NCBI GenBank assembly: GCA_963805975.1
Contig: CAWDVR010000001.1
Location: 160,001-224,000, forward strand
Length of the DNA: 64,000 nt
Reading direction: 5' to 3'
Source of the DNA: an uncultured Acidobacteriota bacterium
Lineage (GTDB): Bacteria; Acidobacteriota; Thermoanaerobaculia; Multivoradales; SZUA-115
Shown: positions 53,169 to 62,380 of the stretch, piece by piece
How positions within the stretch are numbered: position 1 is the stretch's first letter
Layout of the letters: each line of letters opens with the position of its first letter
Translations under genes and position numbers: made by a program
The notes under the pieces: generated by a model
Told to the model about the DNA's origin: nothing
Seen by the model: only the letters and a program-made list of their open reading frames with translations
Database searches by the model: none

Positions 53169-54154
53169 CAAGAGCCCCCGCCGGCCCGCAGGCGGGGGTC
53201 CAGCCGGTCGCGCAGGCCATCCGCCAGCAGGTTGAAGCCGGTGACCGCGAGCACGATGGTGAAGCCGGGGAGCGCCGCGATCCACCAGGCCGTGGTGAGG
53301 CTGGCGCGGCCGTCGTCGATGATGCTGCCGAGGCTCGCGTTGGGTGGCTGCATCCCGAAGCCCAGGAATGACAAGGTCGATTCGGCGAGGATCACGTTGG
53401 CAGTCAGGAGCGCTCCCGCCGCCAGCACCGGACCGACAGCGTTGGGGAGCAGATGGCGGAGCAGGATCCGGCTCCGTGGCAGGCCGAGGGCCTGGGCAGC
53501 GAGCGCGAAGCCCCGCTCGCGCGTGCCCCGGAGCTCGGCGCGGACGATCCGCGACACGGTCATCCAGCCGGTCGAGGCGAGCACCACCACCAGGAGCCAG
53601 TTGCCGGGCCGGAAGAGGGCGGTGAGCGTGAGCAGCAGGAAGAGGGCGGGGAAGGCGAGCATGGCGTCCACCAGGCGCATCAGCACGGCGTCCACCCAGC
53701 CACTGCCCAAGGCTGCCGCGGAGCCCACGGCGACGCCCAGCGTGACCGCCAGGAGCGAAGACAGGCTGGCTATCAGGAGCGAGATCCGGGTGCCGTAGAG
53801 CAGGCGCGAGAGCAGGTCGCGGCTGAAGCGGTCGGTGCCCAGGAGGAAGACCCGGCGGTCGGCGACGCCGGTCGCCGTCAGGTTGGCGACGGTCGAGGCG
53901 GCGATCTCCCGGCGCTCGCCCAGCCGCTCGATCACCAGCAGGTCCCCCTGCCGTTCGGCACGGTCCGCGAGCAGCGAGCGGCTGTCCGCGAAGACCACCG
54001 CCGCCATCACCGTGCCCGGCGCTCGCTCGGACGCCGCCGCCGGGTCGATCTGCTCGGAGGGTGAGTAGGGGGCGAGGAGCGGCGCCGCGAAACCGGCTAC
54101 CGCGAGCACGCCGACGATCGTCACGCCCAGCTTGAGCGACACGCTCTCACGCAT
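53168..54154 (-). CDS. Peptide/nickel ABC transporter permease (DppC/OppC type)
   Basis: LGTDRFSRDLLSRLLYGTRISL, RHLLPN, ESTLSFLGFG..PP. Confidence 0.92.
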   Translation of the reverse strand: MRESVSLKLGVTIVGVLAVAGFAAPLLAPYSPSEQIDPAAASERAPGTVMAAVVFADSRSLLADRAERQGDLLVIERLGERREIAASTVANLTATGVADRRVFLLGTDRFSRDLLSRLLYGTRISLLIASLSSLLAVTLGVAVGSAAALGSGWVDAVLMRLVDAMLAFPALFLLLTLTALFRPGNWLLVVVLASTGWMTVSRIVRAELRGTRERGFALAAQALGLPRSRILLRHLLPNAVGPVLAAGALLTANVILAESTLSFLGFGMQPPNASLGSIIDDGRASLTTAWWIAALPGFTIVLAVTGFNLLADGLRDRLDPRLRAGGGS

Positions 54155-55115
54155 GCCGCACCCGCGGATCGAGCACTGCGTGCAGCAGATCGGCGGCGAG
54201 GCTTCCGGCCACCACCAGGAAACCGGAGAGGGCGGTGCCGGCGAGGATCAGCGGGTAGTCCGCGGCCAGCACGGCGCCCTGGAGGATGCGCCCGACGCCG
54301 GGCCACGAGAAGACCACCTCGAGGGCCAGCGAGCCGTTGAGCATCAGCGGCAGCGAGACGGCGGCGAGCTGCAGGATCGGCACCGCCGCGTTGCGCAGCG
54401 CGTGGACCAGGAGCACTCGCCGCTCGGAGAGGCCCTTGGCCCGCGCCGTGCGCACGTAGTCCTGGTCGAGGATGTCGAGCAGGCTCGAGCGCAACAGCCG
54501 CACGGTGCCGCCGAACGAGGCCAGGCCGAGCACCGTCGCCGGCAGCGCCAGGTGCCAGAGGAGGTCGGTGAGGCGCCGCCAGCCGCCGATCTCCGAGGCG
54601 CCGGGCGAGAGCATGTGGCCGGCGGGGAAGATGGGCAGGACATAGGAGAAGAGCAGGATCGCCATCAGGCCCAGCCAGAAGACCGGCACCGCGAAGAGCA
54701 GCATCGAGCCGCCGCGGATCGCGTGGTCCCACCCGGACTCCCGCCGCCGCGCCGCCAGCAGGCTCAGGACGAGCGCCAGGGAGAGGTCCAGGGCGAACGC
54801 GGTAAGGGCCAGCAGCAGCGTGTTCGGCAGCGCCTCGGCCAGCACTCGGGTGACCGGCCGGCCGTGGGAGTAGGAGACCCCCCAGTCCCAGGACAGAGCC
54901 ACGGCCGAGATCCAGGCGAGGTACTGCTCGCCCAAGGGACGGTCGAGCCCGTAGAGCGCGATGAGCTGCTGCTGGCGCTCGGGCGAGGCGCGCGGGTTGA
55001 CGAAGAGCTCCCCGGGCTTGCCCGGCGCCAGGTGGAGGAGGAGGAACAGCAGGCTGATGAGCAGGAAGACGAGGAGCAGCGAGGCGGCGGTCCGGCGCAG
55101 CAGGTAGCCGGTCAT
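54147..55115 (-). CDS. Peptide/nickel ABC transporter permease (DppB/OppB type)
   Basis: GLDRPLGEQY, DYVRTARAKGL...HALRNA, EVVFSWPGVG. Confidence 0.93.
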   Translation of the reverse strand: MTGYLLRRTAASLLLVFLLISLLFLLLHLAPGKPGELFVNPRASPERQQQLIALYGLDRPLGEQYLAWISAVALSWDWGVSYSHGRPVTRVLAEALPNTLLLALTAFALDLSLALVLSLLAARRRESGWDHAIRGGSMLLFAVPVFWLGLMAILLFSYVLPIFPAGHMLSPGASEIGGWRRLTDLLWHLALPATVLGLASFGGTVRLLRSSLLDILDQDYVRTARAKGLSERRVLLVHALRNAAVPILQLAAVSLPLMLNGSLALEVVFSWPGVGRILQGAVLAADYPLILAGTALSGFLVVAGSLAADLLHAVLDPRVRHA

Positions 55116-55139
55116 CAGCAGGGGGCCTGAGCGGGAGCC

Positions 55140-56792
55140 CTACGGCCGGACCGGGTCGAGCCACCATTCCCAGGCGTGCCACAGGCGGCGCAGCATGTTG
55201 GGCGTCTCGCCGTGGACCCGCTTGTTGACCGCCACCAGCTCCTGCGACTCGTAGAGGTAGGTCAGCGGCAGATCGCGGTGGACGATCTGTTGGATTTTGG
55301 CGAGCGTCTCGCGGAGGCCCTCGGTGGTGGTCTCCTGCCGCGCCGCCTCGAGCAGGCGGTCCATCTCCGGGTTGCGGTAGAAGAAGAGGTTGGACTCACC
55401 GATCGACTTGGAATGGAAGGCGAAGGTGAGGTCGAGGTCGGTGGGCATGGACCAGCGCATGATCAGGGCGTCGAGCTCGCCCCGCTCGGCGCGCTCCTGG
55501 AGCACGTTGAAGTTGATGAAGCGCGGCGTGACCGCGATCCCCACGCGCTTCAAGTGTTCCTGGATCATGGCCGCGGCGTCGGCACGCTGCGGGTTGCCGA
55601 CGTTGGTCGTCAGCTCGAAGGCGAAGCGCAGGCCGTCCTTCTCGATCACACCGTCGCCGTCGCGGTCGGCCCAGCCGGCGGCGGCGAGGATCTGCTTCGC
55701 CTGCTGTGGATCGTAGGGCCAGGGCGTGAGGGTCCGGTCGTAGGCCCAGAAATGGGAGACGATCGGCGACGTGGCGACGCGCCCGAAACGGCGGAAGGTG
55801 ACGTCGACGATCGCCTGGCGGTCGATCGCCAGGGTGAGCGCACGGCGCACCTCGGGGCTCGAGAAGAGCGGCCGCTCGGTGTTCCACCCGACGAAGGCGT
55901 GGGCGCGGCTCCAGTAGGTGTCGAGCCTCAGCAAAGGCGAGGCCTCGACCTTGGGCACGTCGTTGATCGACAGCCCGGTGACCAGGTCGAGGTCGCCGGC
56001 CTGCCCCTGGCTGAGCAGCGTCTGCTGGTCGGCGACGACGCGGATCACCAGCCGGTCGATGTACGGCCGCTCGGGGTCGAAATAGCGCTCGTTGCGCTGC
56101 AGCACGATCTCCTGCTGCGGTGTCCAGGCGGCCACCTTGTAGGGGCCCGAGACCACCATGTGCTCGCGGAAGAAGTCGCCGCGGTTGCGCCACTCGGCGA
56201 ACGGCAGGGCGCCCCAGGCGTGCTTGGGGATGATCGCTCCCTCGTTCAAGCGCAGCAGCAGGTTCGCCACCGGCCGCTTCATGTGGAAGCGGGCGGTCAA
56301 CGGATCGACCACCTCGACGTCCTCGATCTCGTCCTTGTAGTAGGAGGTGTCCCAGGCCACCTGCGGGTGGATCTGCGCCTGCCAGGTGAAGCGCACGTCC
56401 TCGGCGGTCACCGGCACGCCGTCGCTCCACACCACGCCGTCGCGCAGGTGGAAGGTCACCGTGCGCTGGTCCTCCGAGACCTCCCAGCGCTCGGCCAGGC
56501 GCGGCTCGAGGGTCGGCGGATGATCGCTCGAGTCCGGGCGCTCGACCAGCAGGCGCAGAAACAGGAGATCGGCGATCTCCTCGTTCTGGCTCGCGCTGCC
56601 CCCGAGGTAGGAATTGAGAGTGGTGATGTCGGCCGTGAACCCGGAGACCAGCGTGCCACCCCGCTGCGGCTTGGAAGAGGGCGCCGGGGCAGCCTCGCCG
56701 GCCGGCTGGCTCGCCCCGTTGCAGGCCGCGAGCAGCGCCAGCGCCGCACCCCCCGCCAGGGCGCGAGTCAGCCTGTTGCAGCCTCTGCGCAT
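55140..56792 (-). CDS. Peptide ABC transporter substrate-binding lipoprotein (family 5)
   Basis: Lipobox LAAC; LAERWE..FHLRDGVVWSDG.PVTAEDV.FT, SGPY, VRRAL..AIDR. Confidence 0.93.
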   Translation of the reverse strand: MRRGCNRLTRALAGGAALALLAACNGASQPAGEAAPAPSSKPQRGGTLVSGFTADITTLNSYLGGSASQNEEIADLLFLRLLVERPDSSDHPPTLEPRLAERWEVSEDQRTVTFHLRDGVVWSDGVPVTAEDVRFTWQAQIHPQVAWDTSYYKDEIEDVEVVDPLTARFHMKRPVANLLLRLNEGAIIPKHAWGALPFAEWRNRGDFFREHMVVSGPYKVAAWTPQQEIVLQRNERYFDPERPYIDRLVIRVVADQQTLLSQGQAGDLDLVTGLSINDVPKVEASPLLRLDTYWSRAHAFVGWNTERPLFSSPEVRRALTLAIDRQAIVDVTFRRFGRVATSPIVSHFWAYDRTLTPWPYDPQQAKQILAAAGWADRDGDGVIEKDGLRFAFELTTNVGNPQRADAAAMIQEHLKRVGIAVTPRFINFNVLQERAERGELDALIMRWSMPTDLDLTFAFHSKSIGESNLFFYRNPEMDRLLEAARQETTTEGLRETLAKIQQIVHRDLPLTYLYESQELVAVNKRVHGETPNMLRRLWHAWEWWLDPVRP

Positions 56793-56882
56793 CGTGGTTC
56801 GAGATTATCACGAGCCTCGGCCGGCTCCTCGCCTGGTGGGCCCGTCCGGCGCGCGGCGCGCGCTGAGGTATTCTGTTGCACG

Positions 56883-58331
56883 ATGGCTCGGCGAGGCGCT
56901 TCCACCTTCTCGCGTCAGTTGCTGCTCGCCTCGATCGTCTTCGGCATCTTCATCGTCTTCGACATCCTGCTCTTCGGCTGGCTGATCTTCCGCTCGCTGT
57001 CGCAGCGCGAGATCGACCGCGTGCTCCTCGCCACCAAGGCCGAGGCCAAGGATCTCGCGGCGCGCATCGCGACCGGCGCCGGCGATTCTCCCGGACTGCC
57101 GGGCGACCTCTACCTGGTGATGGCGAAGCAGCAGGAGATCCAGCGCTACATCGACGGTGAGCTCGCGCAGCGCGAAGAGATCCAGGAGGTCACGATCTTC
57201 GACCGGGACGGCAAGGTGGTGTATCGCTCCTCCGCGACCCGGCGACCCCGTGCCGGGCAGCCGATGTCGGCGCCGATCGTCCTCGAGCCCACCTCCGCCG
57301 AAGCGCCGCAGGCCGATCCCCGGCTGCTCGAGGGCGGACCCCAGCCGGGCGAGCCCGGTTACGAGGTCACGGAGGCGATCGGCGAGCTCGGCAGCATCTC
57401 GATCGGCCTGTCGCGGAGCAAGGTGCAGGAACGCGGCGAGGTGCTGCGGCGCGAGCTCCTCCGGCAGATGGTGGGCATCGTGATCGTGTCGCTCGCCGTG
57501 CTGCTCTCGGCCTACGCCATCATCGTCATCCTGCTGCGCCGCGCGCGGCGGCTGGAGGAGCAGGCGCGCGAGGCGGACAGCATGGCCTACATCGGCACCC
57601 TCGCAGCCGGCCTGGCGCACGAGATCAGGAACCCGCTCAACTCGCTCAACCTCAACATGCAGATGCTGGAGGAGGAGCTCGGCGAGCGGGAAGGCGTGGC
57701 CGCGGCCAGCGCCTCGACCAGCGGCCGGCTGCTCGGCATCACGCGGCAGGAGATCTCGCGCCTCGAACGGCTGGCGACGGACTTCCTGCTCTACGCCAAG
57801 CCGCGCGCGCCGGAGCTCGAGGAGGTGCCGCCGGTCGAGCTCCTCTCCCGCGTCGAGCAGGTGCTGCGCGGCGAGGTGGAGGCGCGGGGCACGCGGCTGC
57901 GCATCGAGGACGCGAGCGGCGGTGCGCTGGTGCGCGTCGACCCGGCGCAGATCACGCAGCTCCTCCTGAACCTGGCGCAGAACGCGCTGGCCGCGACCGA
58001 GGAGAAGCTCGGCGGCCGGCCGCAGATCGTGCTCGCGGCGCGGCTCGCCGGCGATCGGCTGGCCCTGCTGGTGGAGGACAACGGCGCCGGCATCCCGGCG
58101 CAGGAGCAGCGGAAGATCTTCGAGCTCTTCTACTCGACGAAGAAGGGCGGCACCGGCCTGGGGCTCGCGGTCGTCGAGCGCATCGCCCGCGCGCACGGCG
58201 GCGCGATCGAGCTCAAGAGTGAAGTGGGCTCCGGCACCTCGATCGGCATCGTGCTGCCGGTCTCCTCCTTCAGCAAAGAGCCGGCCTTCGGCGGCCGGCC
58301 CAGCCAGGGCGCCACGGCGGCCTCGCTCTAG
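56883..58331 (+). CDS. Membrane sensor histidine kinase (NtrB/AtoS-like)
   Basis: Two TMs; LAAGLAHEIRNPL, QLLLNLAQNA, DNGAGI, FYSTKKGGTGLGL. Confidence 0.93.
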   Translation: MARRGASTFSRQLLLASIVFGIFIVFDILLFGWLIFRSLSQREIDRVLLATKAEAKDLAARIATGAGDSPGLPGDLYLVMAKQQEIQRYIDGELAQREEIQEVTIFDRDGKVVYRSSATRRPRAGQPMSAPIVLEPTSAEAPQADPRLLEGGPQPGEPGYEVTEAIGELGSISIGLSRSKVQERGEVLRRELLRQMVGIVIVSLAVLLSAYAIIVILLRRARRLEEQAREADSMAYIGTLAAGLAHEIRNPLNSLNLNMQMLEEELGEREGVAAASASTSGRLLGITRQEISRLERLATDFLLYAKPRAPELEEVPPVELLSRVEQVLRGEVEARGTRLRIEDASGGALVRVDPAQITQLLLNLAQNALAATEEKLGGRPQIVLAARLAGDRLALLVEDNGAGIPAQEQRKIFELFYSTKKGGTGLGLAVVERIARAHGGAIELKSEVGSGTSIGIVLPVSSFSKEPAFGGRPSQGATAASL

Positions 58332-58347
58332 CTTTCCCGGCGAGACG

Positions 58348-59094
58348 ATGGCCATCCCGTCCGTGGTCCGCCGCCGCCCGCTGGCGGCGTTTTTCGTCCT
58401 CGCCTTTGCCCTCACCTGGCCGTTCATCCTGCTCGGCCACGTGTCGCTCGGCCTGGCGGTCTTCGGCCTCGCCGGGCCGGCGCTCGCCGCCCACTTGGTG
58501 CTCGGCGCCACCCGCGGGCGGAGCGGTGTCGTGGCCCTGTGGCGGCGCCTGCTCGTGCCGGCCGGTGCCTTCTGGCCCGCGGCGGCCCTGCTCCTGCCGC
58601 TCGCCTTGCTGCCGGTGCTCTGGGCGCTGCACCGCCTGTGCGGCGCAGAGGTGCCGCTGCGCCTGGCGCCGATCACGCCGCTCACCCTGATCCTCGCCGT
58701 GCTCATCCTCGGTGAGGAGATGGGCTGGCGCGGCTACGCATTGCCGGAGCTCCTGGCCCGACGCTCGCCCGTCGCGGCGAGCCTCGTCCTGGGGCTGCTG
58801 TGGGGCTGCTGGCACCTGCCCAACTTCCTGATGCCCGAGTTTCCCCACCACGAGCTGCCCTTCGCCGGCTTCCTGGCCCTGACCACGGCCTATTCCTTCG
58901 TCTTCACCTGGTTCTTCCTGCGCACCCGCGGCTCGCTCCTGGTCGCAGTCCTGCTGCACGCCGGCTGCAACCTCTTCGCCCTGGCCGGGGTCGATGCGGC
59001 CCTCGACTACTGGCTGCGTGCCGCCCTCTACGGAGTCGTGGCCCTGGTCGCGGTGCTGGCCGGCGGGTTCCGGAGACCGGCGGCAGGGCCGTGA
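58348..59094 (+). CDS. CPBP/Abi-family intramembrane metalloprotease
   Basis: GEEMGWRG, WGCWHLP, LLHAGCN. Confidence 0.9.
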   Translation: MAIPSVVRRRPLAAFFVLAFALTWPFILLGHVSLGLAVFGLAGPALAAHLVLGATRGRSGVVALWRRLLVPAGAFWPAAALLLPLALLPVLWALHRLCGAEVPLRLAPITPLTLILAVLILGEEMGWRGYALPELLARRSPVAASLVLGLLWGCWHLPNFLMPEFPHHELPFAGFLALTTAYSFVFTWFFLRTRGSLLVAVLLHAGCNLFALAGVDAALDYWLRAALYGVVALVAVLAGGFRRPAAGP

Positions 59095-60476
59095 CGGCCA
59101 GCTCGCCGAAGGCGTGGCTTCGTGCGCCTCGCTTCTGGCTGCTCTCGCAGGCGGCGGCCGTGCTGCTCCTCGCCGTCGCCTCGCCGGACTTCCAGACGGT
59201 CACCAACCTCGACAGCCGGAGCTACCAGTCCACGCTGTCGACCTCTTCGCTCGAGGAGACCCTCCAGTACACGCGGACAGTGGGCTACCCGCTCTTCCTG
59301 CGCGCCATCCTTAAGCTGACCGGAAGCTACGACCTGGTGGCCTACGGCCAGCTCCTGCTCTACCTGCTGGCGGTGATCGGGTTTGGGGTCGCGGCCGAGC
59401 TGGCCTGGAGCTCCGGGTGGGTGGGTCTGGCGGCGGCGACGCCGCTCTTCTACGCCCGGGTGATCCGCGACCACGGCGCCTCGGTGATGCCGGACACGCT
59501 GGCCGCGGCGGCTGCCGTGGCCACCCTCGCGAGCCTGCTCTGGCTGCTCGCCCGGCCGGGGAGCAAGGCGGCGTGGGCGGCGACCGGTGGCGCTCTGCTG
59601 CTGGCCTATCAGGCGCGCCCCGCCTACTTGTTCCTGCTGGTGCTGGTCCCCGTCCTCGGCTTCCTCCTGGCCCTGCGCCGGAGGGGGCTCGTGGCCTGGA
59701 AGAGCGCTCTGCGACGCCCCTTTCTCGGTCTCGTCGTGGTGGCTTGGCTTCCCTTCCTGCTGTGGAGCGGCTTGCGCTGGGCGGTCGCCGGGCATTTCGG
59801 GCTGGTGTCGTTCGGCGGCATCAATCTCATCGGCATCACCGGCTCGATGCTATCTCCGGCCGTGGTCCGAGAGCTGCCGCTACGGGACCGGCCGCTGGCC
59901 CGCGCCTTCCTCGCCGGCCGGCGCGAGCAAGGGCTGAAGGGCCACGGGCGGTATCACTTCGACCGCTGGGTCGAGGAGTACAACCTCAACGTCTGGACCG
60001 TCGCCTTCAAGGCCACCGAGAAGCTCTACCGCCGCCCCGACCAGACCATGCGCCAGTTCTGGGTGGACTCGAACCGCCGCTTCACCCGGCTCTCCTTCGC
60101 CGTCCTCCGCGTGCGCCCGGGACTCTACCGGCGCTGGCTCGGCGACGCCGCCAAGACGGCGTTCATACGGATCGGCGGGGAGCGGCTGTTCCGCTGGGCG
60201 TTGATCGGGCTCGCGGTGAGCTCCGTGCTGCGCCTGCTGTGGATGGCCGGGGAGAGATGGCTGAAGCCGGGGAGCGCGGGAGCGACAGAGCCACGGCGCT
60301 GCGCCAGCCTGGACCTGGCGCTCGTCGCCGGTTCCTATCTCGCGGCTTCGCTGCTGCTGATCATCGCCGTCGAGCCGCCGGTCAACCGCTACATCTTCGC
60401 CGCGGCCCTCTTCGTGCCGAGCGCGTTCCTGGCCACCGCCGTCGAGCTGTGGTTGCCCGCGCCGGCGCGCTCCTGA
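59091..60476 (+). CDS. Multi-pass membrane protein, probable GT-C glycosyltransferase
   Basis: DSRSY loop, RTVGYPLFL, VMPDTLA, RP motif; many TMs; GTG overlaps the upstream stop. Confidence 0.65.
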   Translation: MTASSPKAWLRAPRFWLLSQAAAVLLLAVASPDFQTVTNLDSRSYQSTLSTSSLEETLQYTRTVGYPLFLRAILKLTGSYDLVAYGQLLLYLLAVIGFGVAAELAWSSGWVGLAAATPLFYARVIRDHGASVMPDTLAAAAAVATLASLLWLLARPGSKAAWAATGGALLLAYQARPAYLFLLVLVPVLGFLLALRRRGLVAWKSALRRPFLGLVVVAWLPFLLWSGLRWAVAGHFGLVSFGGINLIGITGSMLSPAVVRELPLRDRPLARAFLAGRREQGLKGHGRYHFDRWVEEYNLNVWTVAFKATEKLYRRPDQTMRQFWVDSNRRFTRLSFAVLRVRPGLYRRWLGDAAKTAFIRIGGERLFRWALIGLAVSSVLRLLWMAGERWLKPGSAGATEPRRCASLDLALVAGSYLAASLLLIIAVEPPVNRYIFAAALFVPSAFLATAVELWLPAPARS

Positions 60477-61423
60477 CGCGCCCGCGCGAACCGCTCGGCG
60501 CCGCCCCGCAGAGCGCCGCGCTCGAAGGTGGCGAGAGCGATCTCGATCACCTCGTCGCCGGCCGTCTTGATGGCGCCCAGGTGGCCGGCCCGCGGCATGA
60601 TCCAGCACGGGGCGCCGGCCCGGCCGGCCAGCTCCTCGGTGTCCTCGGGTCGGATGCCGGGGTCGCGCTCGCCGCTCACGTAGGCCACGGCCCCGACCGC
60701 GAGCGCCGCGGCATGGTGGCGGGCGTCGAGGAAGCGGTAGGCGTCGGGCAGAGCCAAGCGGAAGAAGCGATAGAAAGGCCGGCCCCAGGGAGCCATGCGC
60801 GAGGACCACTCGAGCAGGTGCGGGGACACGTCCTCGAACATGGCGCCGCCCACGCCCTCGGCCCGGGCCAGGAAGGGATGGGCCCAGTAGCCGCCCGAGG
60901 AAACTCCCCACACGTGGATCGGCAGGCCGGCGGCGCGGCGGCGCAGGAAGGCGAAGGCGTCCTCGACGTCGCGGTCGTAGAAGCCGCGGGGCCGGCCGCT
61001 GCCGCCGAAGCCGGGCAGGTCCACCGTCAACGCGTGGTAGCCGGCGGCGCGCAGGCCCTCGATGCGGCCGTGGCGGTGGAAATAAGCCTGGCCCCAGGCG
61101 CTCCAGGGGTGGAGGAGCAGCACGGCCCCCCGGGCCTCGGTCCCACGCGTTGGATACCAGGTGGCGATGAGCGAGCCGGGGCCGACGGTGCGGTGCACGG
61201 AAAGCTCCTCGAAGGGAGCGAGGGAAGCGGGCGGCGCCGGGGTCGCCTGGCGAGGGATCTTCGGCGAGAGGGCGCGGAAGAGCCGCGCGCCCACGCTCTC
61301 CTGCCAACGCGGCGGCCGGGTGGAATGCCCGCGGCTGCCACGGCGCGAGGCAGTCTCGGCCGCCGGAGAAGAGGGCGGAGGCTCGGGGTTGATCGCGGGC
61401 AGGGGAAAGGTCTTTCGTGGCAT
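60389..61423 (-). CDS. Alpha/beta fold hydrolase
   Basis: LLLHPW, VDLPGFGGS, WGVSSGG (nucleophile elbow), SGERD, AGH. Confidence 0.82.
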   Translation of the reverse strand: MPRKTFPLPAINPEPPPSSPAAETASRRGSRGHSTRPPRWQESVGARLFRALSPKIPRQATPAPPASLAPFEELSVHRTVGPGSLIATWYPTRGTEARGAVLLLHPWSAWGQAYFHRHGRIEGLRAAGYHALTVDLPGFGGSGRPRGFYDRDVEDAFAFLRRRAAGLPIHVWGVSSGGYWAHPFLARAEGVGGAMFEDVSPHLLEWSSRMAPWGRPFYRFFRLALPDAYRFLDARHHAAALAVGAVAYVSGERDPGIRPEDTEELAGRAGAPCWIMPRAGHLGAIKTAGDEVIEIALATFERGALRGGAERFARARQERAGAGNHSSTAVARNALGTKRAAAKM

Positions 61424-61572
61424 GGGCGGGCGAAGCGGTTACGAGGTGTTGGTCGTGGGGACGGAAGGGGCCGTTACCCGTCCGCCACGACTCCTAACTC
61501 CTGGACTCCGACAAGGGGCGGGCGGAAGGGTCAGGAGGCATAGACTCCGGCTCGCGAGCCACCCGCCCTGCC

Positions 61573-62211
61573 ATGGACCTCTTCGCCTCCGGCTTCCTGC
61601 TCTCGCTGTCGCTGTGCCTCGACCTCGGCCTGGTCAACGTCGCGGCCATGAAGACCGGCCTCGAGCGCGGCATGGCGGCGTCGCTCGCCCTGGGGCTGGG
61701 CTCCTCGATCGGCGACATGGTCTACGCCGTTCTCGCCACCCTGGGCATGGCCTCGCTGCTGCGCTTCGAGGCCGTGCGCTGGGTGCTCTGGCTCGGCGGC
61801 AGCGCGGTGCTCGTCGTGCTCACCGTGAAAATGCTGCGCGACGCGCTCGAGATCAAGCGGCTCGAGAAGTGGGCGCCCTCCGAGGGGCTCGCCGAGCGCT
61901 CGCTCGCCGGCTTCTTCGCCGAGGGCTTCGGGCTCGCCATCGCCTCGCCGTCGGCCCTGCTGTGGTTCGCGAGCGTCGGCGGTGCGGTGATCGCCACCAC
62001 CGCCGAGCACGCCGGAGGTGGCCTGTGGCGGTTCTTCGCCGGTTTCTTCGCCGCCGGGCTCGCCTGGTCGGTTCTCGTCGCCTGGTCGGCGAGCCGCGGC
62101 CGGCGCTTCGGCACTCGCCTGGTTCGCGGTTTGAGCCTGGCGTCGGCGCTGGTCTTCGCCTTCCTCGCCGTCAAAGTGTTCCTCGACGGCTACCGTTCTC
62201 TCCTGGCGTAA
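61573..62211 (+). CDS. LysE-family translocator
   Basis: GFLLSLSLCLDLGLVN..GLERG...GD, GF..AIASP.ALLWF; about six TMs. Confidence 0.88.
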   Translation: MDLFASGFLLSLSLCLDLGLVNVAAMKTGLERGMAASLALGLGSSIGDMVYAVLATLGMASLLRFEAVRWVLWLGGSAVLVVLTVKMLRDALEIKRLEKWAPSEGLAERSLAGFFAEGFGLAIASPSALLWFASVGGAVIATTAEHAGGGLWRFFAGFFAAGLAWSVLVAWSASRGRRFGTRLVRGLSLASALVFAFLAVKVFLDGYRSLLA

Positions 62212-62380
62212 CGCCAGCCACAACCTGAAGCGGGTCTCCGGCCCCCAGGACCCGGCCTTCGTGGGCGAGGTAGTAACCGCGGGCCTCGACACCTGACCGG
62301 GTTCCTGAAGCGCGAGCTGGCGACAACGGCCCCAACGAGAGAGTGAAACCTCTCGCCGGGGGCTAATGCTGTGGTTGGGC

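Noticed and set aside
60389-60476. Convergent gene overlaps (60389-60476 and 11856-11911) as regulatory antisense pairs
   Set aside because: Short 3' read-through overlaps are common at high GC, and the overlapping tails look non-conserved.
62325-62380. attC-like site after the S8 protease (minus-strand GCCCAAC...GTTGGGG)
   Set aside because: No L''/L' pairing; more likely a simple hairpin or terminator.
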